DNA from: an archaeon
GTDB taxonomy: Archaea; Nanobdellota; Nanobdellia; Pacearchaeales; GW2011-AR1
Direction of reading: 5' to 3'
Length of the DNA: 56,392 bases
NCBI GenBank assembly: GCA_009992175.1
Contig: JAACWA010000015.1
Span: 1-56,392 of the forward strand
The notes under the pieces were generated by a model that was given only the letters and a program-made list of their open reading frames with translations, was not told the origin of the DNA and made no database searches. Made by a program: the position numbers and the translations under genes. Below, one piece after another: positions 10,069 to 19,216 of the stretch; position 1 is the stretch's first letter, and each line of letters begins with the position of its first letter.

Positions 10069-10425
10069 TTATAAAAATCCATTTCCATAAATTAAAACTC
10101 CAACTACTATTACAATTTCTGAAATTATCCAAAGAATATTTGTAACAATAATTGGTTTTTCTTTATGAACCATCCCATACCAAAGCCATACACAAGAAAA
10201 AACAGTTAAAGTTGAATAAGTAAGAAAAGAAACTCCATCTGCATTTTTTAACAAAAATATTTTTAGTATTTGAGGTAGGCTCATAACGGGTCCTAAAATT
10301 CCTACAATATATATAATTCTATCCAAATATCTTATTTTTTTAACTGGACTAGGAAATTCTTCATGTTTTTCATGAATTCTTTTTCTTATGTTTAAATGAT
10401 GCATCCCCTGCCCTGTTATTGCCAT
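10069..10425 (-). CDS. PQ-loop / SemiSWEET family transporter
   Basis: SLPQILKI...ADGVS...WLWYG...PIIVTN; three TMs; start near 10425 fits the TATA spacing. Confidence 0.85.
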   Translation of the reverse strand: MAITGQGMHHLNIRKRIHEKHEEFPSPVKKIRYLDRIIYIVGILGPVMSLPQILKIFLLKNADGVSFLTYSTLTVFSCVWLWYGMVHKEKPIIVTNILWIISEIVIVVGVLIYGNGFL

Positions 10426-10501
10426 AGATACATTAAGAAAAAAGGGCATATAAAGCTTGTGAAGAATAATCTTTTAAATTAGAATGATTAATTAAAAAGA
10501 A

Positions 10502-10572
10502 GCGGAAGTAGTTAAGTGGTAGAATACGACCTTGCCAAGGTTGTGACCCGGGTTCGATTCCCGGTTTCCGCA
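10502..10572 (+). tRNA. tRNA-Gly(GCC), no encoded CCA
   Basis: Acceptor stem GCGGAAG/TTTCCGC; anticodon arm CGACC-TTGCCAA-GGTTG; T loop TTCGATT. Confidence 0.97.
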
Positions 10573-10611
10573 TATAAATAAAAATATAAATTAAATCTTC
10601 TTGTCCTTTTT

Positions 10612-11217
10612 ATGATAAACCTCATTGATGGATTAATTTCTATTTTAGAAAGTTGGGGATATTCAGGAATATTTGTTTTAATGTTTCTTGAAAGTTTAAT
10701 TATTCCTGTTCCTGCAGAGATTGTCTTAATTCCAGCAGGGTTTTTGGTGTTTAAGGGTTTAATGTCTTTCTTTCCCCTTTTAATTATCTCAACTTTAGGA
10801 AGTCTTGCAGGTTCATTATTTAGTTATTTTCTTGCATATAAAATTGGAAGAAAAGGATTTGAAAAAATTGCAAAAAAATATTCTGAAGTTCCGTTTTGGG
10901 ATATTAAACATTTAAAAAATTCTGAAAAGTTTTTTAAAAAAAAGGGACACTTAACAATTTTCTTTTCTAGATTTATCCCAGGGTTAAGGCATGTTATTTC
11001 GTTACCTGCGGGATTTTCAAAAATGAATATAATTGAATTTTCTCTTTATACCTTGTTTGGAGCAGGGATATACAATGCTTTTTTAATTCTTTTAGGATAT
11101 TTTGCAGGAACAAATGAAAATTACTTTATTTCTCACGTTGGAATAATTTCTGCTTTAATTGCAATAATTTTCTTAGTTGGAATTGGAGTTTATTTGAAAT
11201 TAAAAAATAAAAAGTAA
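10612..11217 (+). CDS. dedA: DedA family membrane protein
   Basis: FLESLIIPVPAE, GSLAGS, SRFIPGLRH..SLPAG. Confidence 0.92.
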   Translation: MINLIDGLISILESWGYSGIFVLMFLESLIIPVPAEIVLIPAGFLVFKGLMSFFPLLIISTLGSLAGSLFSYFLAYKIGRKGFEKIAKKYSEVPFWDIKHLKNSEKFFKKKGHLTIFFSRFIPGLRHVISLPAGFSKMNIIEFSLYTLFGAGIYNAFLILLGYFAGTNENYFISHVGIISALIAIIFLVGIGVYLKLKNKK

Positions 11218-11260
11218 GAAGAAAACCTTTTTAAAATAAGGAATAGTTTCTAATCTAATT

Positions 11261-11331
11261 GGTCCATTAGTCTAATGGCAGAACATCTCGTTTACACCGA
11301 GAAGGCACAGGTCCGATTCCTGTATGGACCA
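11261..11331 (+). tRNA. tRNA-Val(TAC), no encoded CCA
   Basis: Acceptor stem GGTCCAT/ATGGACC; anticodon arm TCTCG-TTTACAC-CGAGA; T arm ACAGG-TCCGATT-CCTGT. Confidence 0.93.
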
Positions 11332-11334
11332 TTT

Positions 11335-11949
11335 TTACTTCTTTTTAGATTTAGATCCTTTCATGAATTTTCTATAAATTAAATATTGTATTAATTGTGT
11401 GGGTAATACTACCATAATAAATGTGAGTGGAACCCATAGCTGAGTATAATGAGGAATAATTAATGAAAATAAACTCTTTGAAGAAAAAACATAATTTATT
11501 CCTTGCTCTGGATTAGTAAAGAATAAAGCGACAAAGTACATACAAAAAAGCATTATTATTGAATAAAATAAAGTTTTAATTGTGGGTTTAATTTTATATG
11601 TTAAAATTAACGCAAACGTCACCGACAAATGTATTAATACTGAACTTAAAAAATAGAATAAACTATAATTTTGTGGAAGAGAATCTAAAAAAGAGAATCC
11701 GAAAAATGTAGAAGAAATAATTCCTACAAGAAAAATTAATTGCGCTAAAAGCCCTATATTTACTACTGCTTTGATAAGATCTTCTTTCTTAAGAAAAAAA
11801 AAGATAGCAATAAATATCGAGATAAAATCACAAAACCAAAAAAAATTATAATAATCTGAAAGAATATTTCTTAATATTGCAACAATTTGAATAAATATAA
11901 AGAAAAATCCCAAAAAGAGATATCGCTTGTTTTCTCTTAAATTTATCAA
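11335..11949 (-). CDS. Multi-pass membrane protein
   Basis: About six hydrophobic helices; WFCD, H and NY motifs reminiscent of the YwaF/TMEM164-like families. Confidence 0.6.
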   Translation of the reverse strand: MINLRENKRYLFLGFFFIFIQIVAILRNILSDYYNFFWFCDFISIFIAIFFFLKKEDLIKAVVNIGLLAQLIFLVGIISSTFFGFSFLDSLPQNYSLFYFLSSVLIHLSVTFALILTYKIKPTIKTLFYSIIMLFCMYFVALFFTNPEQGINYVFSSKSLFSLIIPHYTQLWVPLTFIMVVLPTQLIQYLIYRKFMKGSKSKKK

Positions 11950-12410
11950 TTTTTACTAACTCCTTTTTTACCTGGAGAAGCTGATTTTGAGTCTTTTTTA
12001 TTTTCCGAATCTCCTTCTTCAAACCGATAATGTCTTGTTATTTTTATTTTGGCAGTGTCTTCAATCACGTCCCCAGTTTTATCTGGAAGTAACTTCATAT
12101 TATGAATATCTATTCCTTGAATTTCTATCTCCACCTTTCTAATACTTGAATGATTTGGAGTAAGGACAATGGTCTTATGTTCTGGCCCCCATTTTTTCTC
12201 AAAAGTTCCAGAGGTATAATTAAATCTAGATAAAGGGATGTGAGGAAGTTCAGAATTGTATGCTTTAAGGTAAATGATATGCTTCCCATAAGTCATTATT
12301 TGGAATTTTTCAAGAGAAGTGTTCTGGATTCCGTTTCCCAGAATAAATAGTGCTCCCCCAATAACAACAAGGGAAATTAAAATTATTATAATTTTTATTG
12401 ATTTTTTCAT
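11946..12410 (-). CDS. Membrane-anchored hypothetical protein
   Basis: MKKSIKIIIILISLVVIGGALFIL N-terminal anchor; ATGA overlap with the downstream gene. Confidence 0.55.
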   Translation of the reverse strand: MKKSIKIIIILISLVVIGGALFILGNGIQNTSLEKFQIMTYGKHIIYLKAYNSELPHIPLSRFNYTSGTFEKKWGPEHKTIVLTPNHSSIRKVEIEIQGIDIHNMKLLPDKTGDVIEDTAKIKITRHYRFEEGDSENKKDSKSASPGKKGVSKN

Positions 12411-12487
12411 GAAATACTTAAGACGAGATCTTTTAAAAAAGTTTTTTGTTTCCAAACTTTTATAAATAAGTTAAATGTTTTTAGAAT

Positions 12488-14254
12488 ATGACTTCAAATA
12501 CTGATTCAATTCCAAGAATGGATTTAAATTATTCTAAGCCTAAACTTCCTAAATCTAACCCTGATGAAGAAAAAAAGAAATTTGAAAAGACTAAAAAAGA
12601 AATTGACAAATTAAAGGTATTTTTAACCAAGAAATTTAAATATATTCTTGCTATGGGAATTTTGCCCCCCCAATCAATACCTAAATTTATCGAAGAGGAA
12701 GAAGCTCCTCCTGAATCAAAAGATCACGTTCATATTCAAATCATTGTTCCGGATGAAAAAGCTAAAGAGATTCCCAAGATTAAACAAGAAATTGTTAAAG
12801 AAATTCAAAAGTCAAAAGAAAAAGTTTGGGCCCACATAATGACTCCTTCTGAAATTTGGGAAATTTGTATGGATCAAAAGTTTGAACTTTCAGGTGCTAT
12901 TGCAATGAGTTATCCCTTATATGACAAAGGAATTTTGGGGGCATTAAGAGTTTCAGAGATTCACAAATCTCTTGTTTTACAGAAATTTGAAAAATATGTA
13001 GTTAGTTATGTGATTGGGGGAAGTTTGGTTAGAGGAGATGCAGTAAAAACAAGTGATGTTGATGTTTTTGTGATAATAAATGACACTGATGTAAAAAGAA
13101 TGCCAAGGCGTGAACTCCTAGAAAGACTTAGAGGAATAATTTACCAATATGTTGCTGAAGCAACTCAAATTGCTGGAGTTAAAAATAGGCTTGAACCACA
13201 AATTTACTTATTAACTGATTTCTGGGATGCAGTTAAGGATGCTCACCCTGTAATGTTTACTTTTATTCGTGATGGGGTTCCACTTTATGATAGAGGAACT
13301 TTCATGCCCTGGAAATCTCTACTTCGAATGGGTAAACTTAAACCTAGTCCTGAAGCAATTGATATGTTTATGAGTATGGGAGATGGAGTTATTCCTAGAA
13401 GTAAAAGAACTCTTTTAAGTGATGTATTTACTAATATTTTTTGGGGAGTTACAACTCCAGCTCAAGCAATTTTAATGCTTGGGGGATATCCTCCTCCAAC
13501 TTCTAAAGAACTTGTTGGTTCATTCAAAAAAGCATTTTTAGATACAAAAATGATTGAAAAAAAGTATGTTGACTTTTTAGAGAAAGTTGTTAAAACTTGG
13601 AAAGATTATGAGCATGAAAAAATAAAAGAAATTTCTGGCTCAGAAATTGATAAACTTTTAGTTGAAACTGAAGACTATTTGAAAAGACTTAAAGAATTAA
13701 GAAAAGAAATTGAAGAAAAATCACAACAAAAAACAATTGACCAAATTTATGGAGATGTTCTTCAACTTTTAAAGAATATTTTGGGAAACAAATCTGTTGA
13801 AAAAATTCTTCAAGAGTTTGAAAAAAATTATGTTAAAAAGTCTAAATTTACAAACCAACACTTAAGAATTTTAAAGGACATTGTTAAAACTAAAAAAGAA
13901 TTTAAAAAAGGTAAATCAGAATCCCATAAGGTTGACAGAGTTAGAAAAGATGCAGATATTTTAATTAAAGATTTAACTGAATTTGTACAAAGGGAAGAAT
14001 TGGTTTCAATGAGCAAAGGGAAGATGGTACTAAAGACTAAAGACAAAAAAATAGAAGTTGTTAATGTCGATGGAAAAACATTTATTTTTGAGAAGAATTT
14101 AATCAAAAAAGTGGGGGATAAAATTGTTAATTCCACTCTTGAAGAATTTGAAAAAGCTCTTTCAAAACAAAAGGACTTACCAAATGTTGAAATTGATTCA
14201 AAGGTTTTTGAAGTTTTGAAAAAAGAATATGGAAAGTTTGAAGTTTTGTTTTAA
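12488..14254 (+). CDS. Nucleotidyltransferase (Pol beta-like/MNT) plus HEPN-like helical domain, long paralog
   Basis: GGSLVRG...SDVDV (GS..DxD); PLYDRG; HEPN-like helical bundle; N-terminal degenerate NTase-like copy. Confidence 0.8.
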   Translation: MTSNTDSIPRMDLNYSKPKLPKSNPDEEKKKFEKTKKEIDKLKVFLTKKFKYILAMGILPPQSIPKFIEEEEAPPESKDHVHIQIIVPDEKAKEIPKIKQEIVKEIQKSKEKVWAHIMTPSEIWEICMDQKFELSGAIAMSYPLYDKGILGALRVSEIHKSLVLQKFEKYVVSYVIGGSLVRGDAVKTSDVDVFVIINDTDVKRMPRRELLERLRGIIYQYVAEATQIAGVKNRLEPQIYLLTDFWDAVKDAHPVMFTFIRDGVPLYDRGTFMPWKSLLRMGKLKPSPEAIDMFMSMGDGVIPRSKRTLLSDVFTNIFWGVTTPAQAILMLGGYPPPTSKELVGSFKKAFLDTKMIEKKYVDFLEKVVKTWKDYEHEKIKEISGSEIDKLLVETEDYLKRLKELRKEIEEKSQQKTIDQIYGDVLQLLKNILGNKSVEKILQEFEKNYVKKSKFTNQHLRILKDIVKTKKEFKKGKSESHKVDRVRKDADILIKDLTEFVQREELVSMSKGKMVLKTKDKKIEVVNVDGKTFIFEKNLIKKVGDKIVNSTLEEFEKALSKQKDLPNVEIDSKVFEVLKKEYGKFEVLF

Positions 14255-14291
14255 ACAAAACTTCTAAAAAGTAAAGTTTTCTATTGTGTTT

Positions 14292-15398
14292 ATGAAATAT
14301 TTGTTTATTCTTGGTCGGAATGTGGAACTTTCCAAGGCAGAAGTTTTTTCTTACTTTGAAAGGGAGGAAAATAAGATTCTATCCTCTGAATTAATAAAAA
14401 ATGGATTACTTCTTGAACTTGAACGCCCTATTGAAAAAAAAGTTGTTGATGTTTTTGGAGGAGTTATCTCTATTGGAAAAGTTATTTCTTCAGGAGATGA
14501 AAATGAACTCATTAAAAAATTGGATAATGAAACTTTGTATTTTGGAGAAAGTAATAAATTAAATTATATAATTTGGAATTTTTCAGAAAAGTATGAAATC
14601 TTTCAAGAATACCTTAAAAGTAGATTCAAAAAAGAAAAATTAAAAGCAACTTTTAAACATTTAACTGGAAACATTCACCTTCAAAATGGAGAAATAGTTA
14701 GTATTCCTTCTTCAAAGTTAATTAATGAAGAATACTTTGTTTATGGGAATAATGAAGTTTATTTCGGAAAAATTATCCAAATTTGTGATTACACCTCTTT
14801 AGAAGAAAGAGATATGAATAAACCCGTAAGAAGAGAATCTTTAGCAATTTCACCTCGCCTTGCGAAAATTTTAATTAATTTATCAAAAGTAAAAAAAGGG
14901 GAAACTTTACTTGATCCATTTTGTGGAGTAGGGACTATTCTTTCTGAAGCTCTTTTACAAAAAATTAAAGTGATGGGAATTGATAAGGATAAAGACGCTG
15001 TTACTGGAGCAAAGCAAAACCTAGAATGGTTTGGATTTCAAAAAGAAGATTATACTCTTTTTAACTCAGACTCTAGAAAGGCTGAAATTGGTCTTGTTTC
15101 GGGTATTGCAACTGAGCCGGATTTGGGAGACACTTTAAAAAAAATTCCAACCAAAAATAAAGCTAAACAAACAATTTCTAATTTTGAAAAACTAATTGTG
15201 GAAGTAATAAAAAACTTAAAAGAAAAAATTTCTGGAAGAATTGCTTTTACTTCCCCAAATATCCGAATTGGTAAAAAAAGAATTCATTTAAATTTAGAAA
15301 ATGTTTTGAATGAAACAGGATATGTTTTAAAATATGAAATTCCAGAATTTAGAGAAAACCAAATTGTCGGAAGAATGATTTATGTTTTGGAGAAGTAA
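14292..15398 (+). CDS. tRNA guanine-N2 methyltransferase, Trm11/TrmG10-like
   Basis: SPRLAKILINL, LLDPFCGVGT, GID, TEP motifs. Confidence 0.8.
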   Translation: MKYLFILGRNVELSKAEVFSYFEREENKILSSELIKNGLLLELERPIEKKVVDVFGGVISIGKVISSGDENELIKKLDNETLYFGESNKLNYIIWNFSEKYEIFQEYLKSRFKKEKLKATFKHLTGNIHLQNGEIVSIPSSKLINEEYFVYGNNEVYFGKIIQICDYTSLEERDMNKPVRRESLAISPRLAKILINLSKVKKGETLLDPFCGVGTILSEALLQKIKVMGIDKDKDAVTGAKQNLEWFGFQKEDYTLFNSDSRKAEIGLVSGIATEPDLGDTLKKIPTKNKAKQTISNFEKLIVEVIKNLKEKISGRIAFTSPNIRIGKKRIHLNLENVLNETGYVLKYEIPEFRENQIVGRMIYVLEK

Positions 15399-15405
15399 TC
15401 TATTT

Positions 15406-16371
15406 TTATCCCCTAACTATTAAAAAGGCTAGATATGAGATATATAAAATCAAAAAGAGTATTCCTTGCCACCTATCCAATTCATGTTTTTTTCCAACAA
15501 ACATAAAAATAAACAAAAGTAAAGTAGCAAAAAGTAAAATTAACAAATCTACAGAAATAAAGTTTGGAAAAGGAATTGGTTTTATAACTGAAGTCACTCC
15601 TAGTATCCAAAATACATTAAAAATATTACTCCCCACAATATTTCCGACTGCTAAATCAATATCTTTTTTCCTTGTAGCAACAATTGTAGTGAAAAGTTCT
15701 GGTAAAGAAGTTCCAATTGCAATAATTGTTGCGGAAATTAAAAATTCACTTAATCCAAAAGTTCTTGCAATCGAGACGGCTCCATCAACAGTCCACTTTC
15801 CTCCAAAATATAATCCAACTAATCCCCCTAAAATCATAAGAGAAATTATCCAGTAAGGATGTGCTATTACTTCAATCTTTTTGTCTTCCAAGTTTTCCTT
15901 ATTCTTTTTTACTAATCCCACAACATAATAAATAAAAAGTGCAAAAAAGAAGAGTAAAATTATTCCCTCTGTTCTTAAAAGGGAATTAATTTTTAGATTA
16001 TCTAAAAGAAAAACACTTGAAAAAATTAATAAAATTAATACTGCTAAAAAAGAAAAAGGAATCTCTTTCCAAATAGTTGACCTTTGTATTTTTAAGTTTG
16101 TTATTATTGCCGCAATTCCTAAAATCAAAAGAAGATTTGCCATACTACTTCCAATAATATTTCCAAAGGCCACTTCACCTGACCCTTTTATTGATGCAAG
16201 AACATTTACCACCAATTCTGGTATAGAAGTACCAAATGCTACGATTGTTAACCCTATTACTAGGGTTGGAACTCCTAATTTTTTAGCAAGAGAGGAGGAA
16301 CCTTCAACAAGATAATCTGCTCCTTTAATTAATAGAAAAATTCCTAATACAAATAAAATGTATTCGATCAT
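15406..16371 (-). CDS. Ca2+/Na+ antiporter (CaCA, YrbG-like)
   Basis: Two alpha repeats: GTSIPE...GNIIGS and GTSLPE...GNIVGSN. Confidence 0.95.
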   Translation of the reverse strand: MIEYILFVLGIFLLIKGADYLVEGSSSLAKKLGVPTLVIGLTIVAFGTSIPELVVNVLASIKGSGEVAFGNIIGSSMANLLLILGIAAIITNLKIQRSTIWKEIPFSFLAVLILLIFSSVFLLDNLKINSLLRTEGIILLFFFALFIYYVVGLVKKNKENLEDKKIEVIAHPYWIISLMILGGLVGLYFGGKWTVDGAVSIARTFGLSEFLISATIIAIGTSLPELFTTIVATRKKDIDLAVGNIVGSNIFNVFWILGVTSVIKPIPFPNFISVDLLILLFATLLLFIFMFVGKKHELDRWQGILFLILYISYLAFLIVRG

Positions 16372-16464
16372 TTTTTTCTCAAGGAAATTTTTTATTTAAA
16401 TTTATTCTTTTCCTAAATTTTATACTACGTAACTTTTATAAACCAATTTTCCAACCATTTAGTT

Positions 16465-16725
16465 ATGGTAAAAGGCAAAGTTGTCCAGTTTAGAATAGGT
16501 AGACATACCATTCATGAAAAACATTTTTTAGTTGAAACAGAGGGTGTAAACTCGAGAGAAGGTGCAACAAAAATGATTGGAAAAGTTGTTACTTGGAAAT
16601 CTCCTGCTGGAAAAATTATAAAAGGAAAAGTTTCAGTGCCACATGGAAACAAGGGTGTTTTTAGAGTTATTTTTGAAAAAGGTTTACCTGGTCAAGCAGT
16701 TACAACAGAGGTTGAGATAAACTAA
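16465..16725 (+). CDS. rpl35ae: 50S ribosomal protein L35Ae (eL33)
   Basis: GKVVTWKSPAGK..GKV..PHGNKG..R..F.KGLPGQA. Confidence 0.92.
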   Translation: MVKGKVVQFRIGRHTIHEKHFLVETEGVNSREGATKMIGKVVTWKSPAGKIIKGKVSVPHGNKGVFRVIFEKGLPGQAVTTEVEIN

Positions 16726-16726
16726 A

Positions 16727-17278
16727 ATGGCAAGTCTTAGAAAAGCAAGTGCATATTCAAAAAGAAAAGTAACTCCCTATACAAGAGTTTCAAAAAGAAG
16801 ACAAAAGTCCTACATAAAAACCGTTCCGCCTCAGAAAATTGTTAAGTTTGAGATGGGTAAAAATTCTTTAATTAAAGAGGGTAAATTACCTCACGTATTA
16901 AAAATTATTTCTGCAGAGAATGTTCAAATTAGACACAACGCTCTTGAAGCTTGTAGACAGTATATTAACAAAAAACTTGATGAAGAACTTGCGGGACAAT
17001 ATACTTTCAAAGTTGTTCCTTTTCCACATCACATTCAAAGAGAAAATAAAATGCTTACTGGGGCAGGAGCTGATCGTATGCAGACTGGAATGCAACTTGC
17101 TTTTGGTAAAGCTGTTGGAAAATCAGCAATTTTAAAAGCCGGAAAAGAACTTTTTATTCTTAGACTTCCTCATGAAAAAGGAGTTCAATTTGCAAGAAAA
17201 ATTATTAGGCAAGTTAATTCTAAACTTCCAGGAAAAATAAGAGCTGACTATGAAAACCTTTCATTAAAAAAGGCTTAA
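16727..17278 (+). CDS. rpl10e: 50S ribosomal protein L10e (uL16)
   Basis: QIRHNALEACR, RENKMLTGAGADRMQTGM..AFGK. Confidence 0.97.
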   Translation: MASLRKASAYSKRKVTPYTRVSKRRQKSYIKTVPPQKIVKFEMGKNSLIKEGKLPHVLKIISAENVQIRHNALEACRQYINKKLDEELAGQYTFKVVPFPHHIQRENKMLTGAGADRMQTGMQLAFGKAVGKSAILKAGKELFILRLPHEKGVQFARKIIRQVNSKLPGKIRADYENLSLKKA

Positions 17279-17358
17279 TTTAGTTATCCTCTTTTTGTTA
17301 CTATTCTCCAGATACGACAAAATAGAAAGATTTATAAAGTTTAAAATTATATAATAAT

Positions 17359-17970
17359 ATGGAAAAAGAGACTAAAAAAACTCAAGAAAAATTTGATGGG
17401 AAGTATCTTCCTGCAGAATTTGCACTTCAAACTGCAAAGGATAATCCTACTCTTGCAAGAATTGCCTTAGATGAAATTAATTTTAGTGATGAAACTAAAG
17501 CACTTTTACAAGGTTCAAAATATTTTTCTACTAAAGAAGGAATTCTTGAAGCTTCAGAAATTTATGCAAAAGAAGCCCAAGTAATGGAATTTAAACAGAA
17601 AGTAAACACCTTGTTTGATTTTTATAAAGAAGGAATTAAATCTCTTTCTAATGAAGACCAAAATAAAGTTAAATATGTTTATAATCAATTTGGAAACAAA
17701 GCCTTAGGAGATGTTCTTTCAGAATATAACAAAGCAAATTCAATTATAGAATATAGTGAAGATGAAGCTCTTAAAGGTAAATTTAAAGAAGAAGAAATTG
17801 AAAAAGCTAATAAGGTTCTTGAAAAATATGAAACTTTTGTTGAAGCGTACAAAGTAATGCATTCAACTAAATTACAAGAAATTCAAAGCAAGGTAACAAA
17901 GAAACATAGCAAATTGGCTCTTGAAAGTTTGGTAAAGGATGTTAAACTTCCCTCTCCAACTAAAAAATAA
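17359..17970 (+). CDS. Hypothetical helical protein
   Basis: 203-aa ORF with BRE/TATA (GAAAGATTTATAAAG) about 25 nt upstream. Confidence 0.6.
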   Translation: MEKETKKTQEKFDGKYLPAEFALQTAKDNPTLARIALDEINFSDETKALLQGSKYFSTKEGILEASEIYAKEAQVMEFKQKVNTLFDFYKEGIKSLSNEDQNKVKYVYNQFGNKALGDVLSEYNKANSIIEYSEDEALKGKFKEEEIEKANKVLEKYETFVEAYKVMHSTKLQEIQSKVTKKHSKLALESLVKDVKLPSPTKK

Positions 17971-17978
17971 TTCTTAAG

Positions 17979-18263
17979 ATGGCTGAAAAATTTAAATTAA
18001 GTAAACTTACTGAATATCTTGATAACAGAACAAAAAACAAATTAAGTAAAAGAAGCGATGAAGGCTTGATTTTTATAATTCAAGATTATAATGGAAATGA
18101 TTTTATGAAAAATGACTCTTCTTTAATTATTAGGGGATTGTCAAAAGTTTTAGGATATTTTCCAACAACAAGAACAGCAAAGATAGCTTATGATATTATG
18201 ACCCAAAGACAAAATGAAGAAAATTTTATAATTCCTAAATCATATATTAATTTTTCTAAATAA
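17979..18263 (+). CDS. Hypothetical protein
   Basis: 94-aa ORF 8 bp after the previous gene. Confidence 0.5.
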   Translation: MAEKFKLSKLTEYLDNRTKNKLSKRSDEGLIFIIQDYNGNDFMKNDSSLIIRGLSKVLGYFPTTRTAKIAYDIMTQRQNEENFIIPKSYINFSK

Positions 18264-18269
18264 TTAGTT

Positions 18270-19163
18270 TTATTTTTTCTTAGAACTAACAATTTTTTCA
18301 ACTATTTGTATCATTTCTTTTAAAAATTCTTCAGCTTTATTTTGCCAGTCCTCAATTTCTGCACCATTTATGTCAGCAATTTCTTTGTGATCAATTTTTT
18401 TATGCAAGTAATACATATTTTTGTACCAATCAACATATTTCATTTTTAAAATTCCCCGATCAACAAAGGCCTCTTTTAAGTCTACCATTACATGTTCTGG
18501 AGAAGGAGGAAAATATCCTGCTGCAATTAGTGCTCCATGTGCAGAATCTACCATTGACCAATAAACTCCATCTATTGCTGCAAGTTCTGCTGCCCTACTT
18601 CTTGCCAAGTGACCTGGAGCTCTTTGAAGACATTGGTAAATTGCTTCAGGAGTTCCCTTAATTTTTCCTTGAAGCAAAAGAAATTTCAAAGGTTCAATAA
18701 AACCAGCATAATCTAAGACTGGAAAACCACTTCTAATAATGTTTAAAACAACCGGGTCTCCATTCATCAAGTCTTCCCACCAAGTACTCAATTTTATTGT
18801 GTTAATATGAAGTTTAGCTGAATAAGGATTATGTTGTAAAATTTTATCAAGTTCTTCCCTGTACCAAGCAATTAATTCTTGGTCCCACTTTAATGAAACG
18901 TCATCAATAATAATAATTAAATCAATGTCTGAACCTGAAGTTGTTTTTTCTTTTTGAACTGAGCCAAATAAAACTACTGATTTTATTACTTTATCAAACT
19001 TTCCATAAGCTTTAACTGCAAAATCCATTGCAATTTCATGATCTGTTTTTAAATTTAGAGTTGGAGCATTCTTGAAACTTTTTTCCTTTTTTGAAGAAAC
19101 TTTCTTAGAAACCTTACTAGAAGAAACTTTCTTAGAAGTTTTTTTCGTTTTCTTTTTCACCAT
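18270..19163 (-). CDS. Nucleotidyltransferase plus HEPN-like domain, short paralog
   Basis: LFGS...SDIDL; C-terminal half aligns by eye with the 12488 protein; Lys/Ser-rich N-terminal tail. Confidence 0.8.
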   Translation of the reverse strand: MVKKKTKKTSKKVSSSKVSKKVSSKKEKSFKNAPTLNLKTDHEIAMDFAVKAYGKFDKVIKSVVLFGSVQKEKTTSGSDIDLIIIIDDVSLKWDQELIAWYREELDKILQHNPYSAKLHINTIKLSTWWEDLMNGDPVVLNIIRSGFPVLDYAGFIEPLKFLLLQGKIKGTPEAIYQCLQRAPGHLARSRAAELAAIDGVYWSMVDSAHGALIAAGYFPPSPEHVMVDLKEAFVDRGILKMKYVDWYKNMYYLHKKIDHKEIADINGAEIEDWQNKAEEFLKEMIQIVEKIVSSKKK

Positions 19164-19216
19164 CTTTATACTCCAATATATATTTTAAGGTATTTAAATA
19201 TTAGGTAAATATTAAA

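Noticed and set aside
19092..19140. Direct repeat GAAGAAACTTTCTTAGAA
   Set aside because: Explained by the SKKVSS low-complexity N-terminal tail of the short NTase
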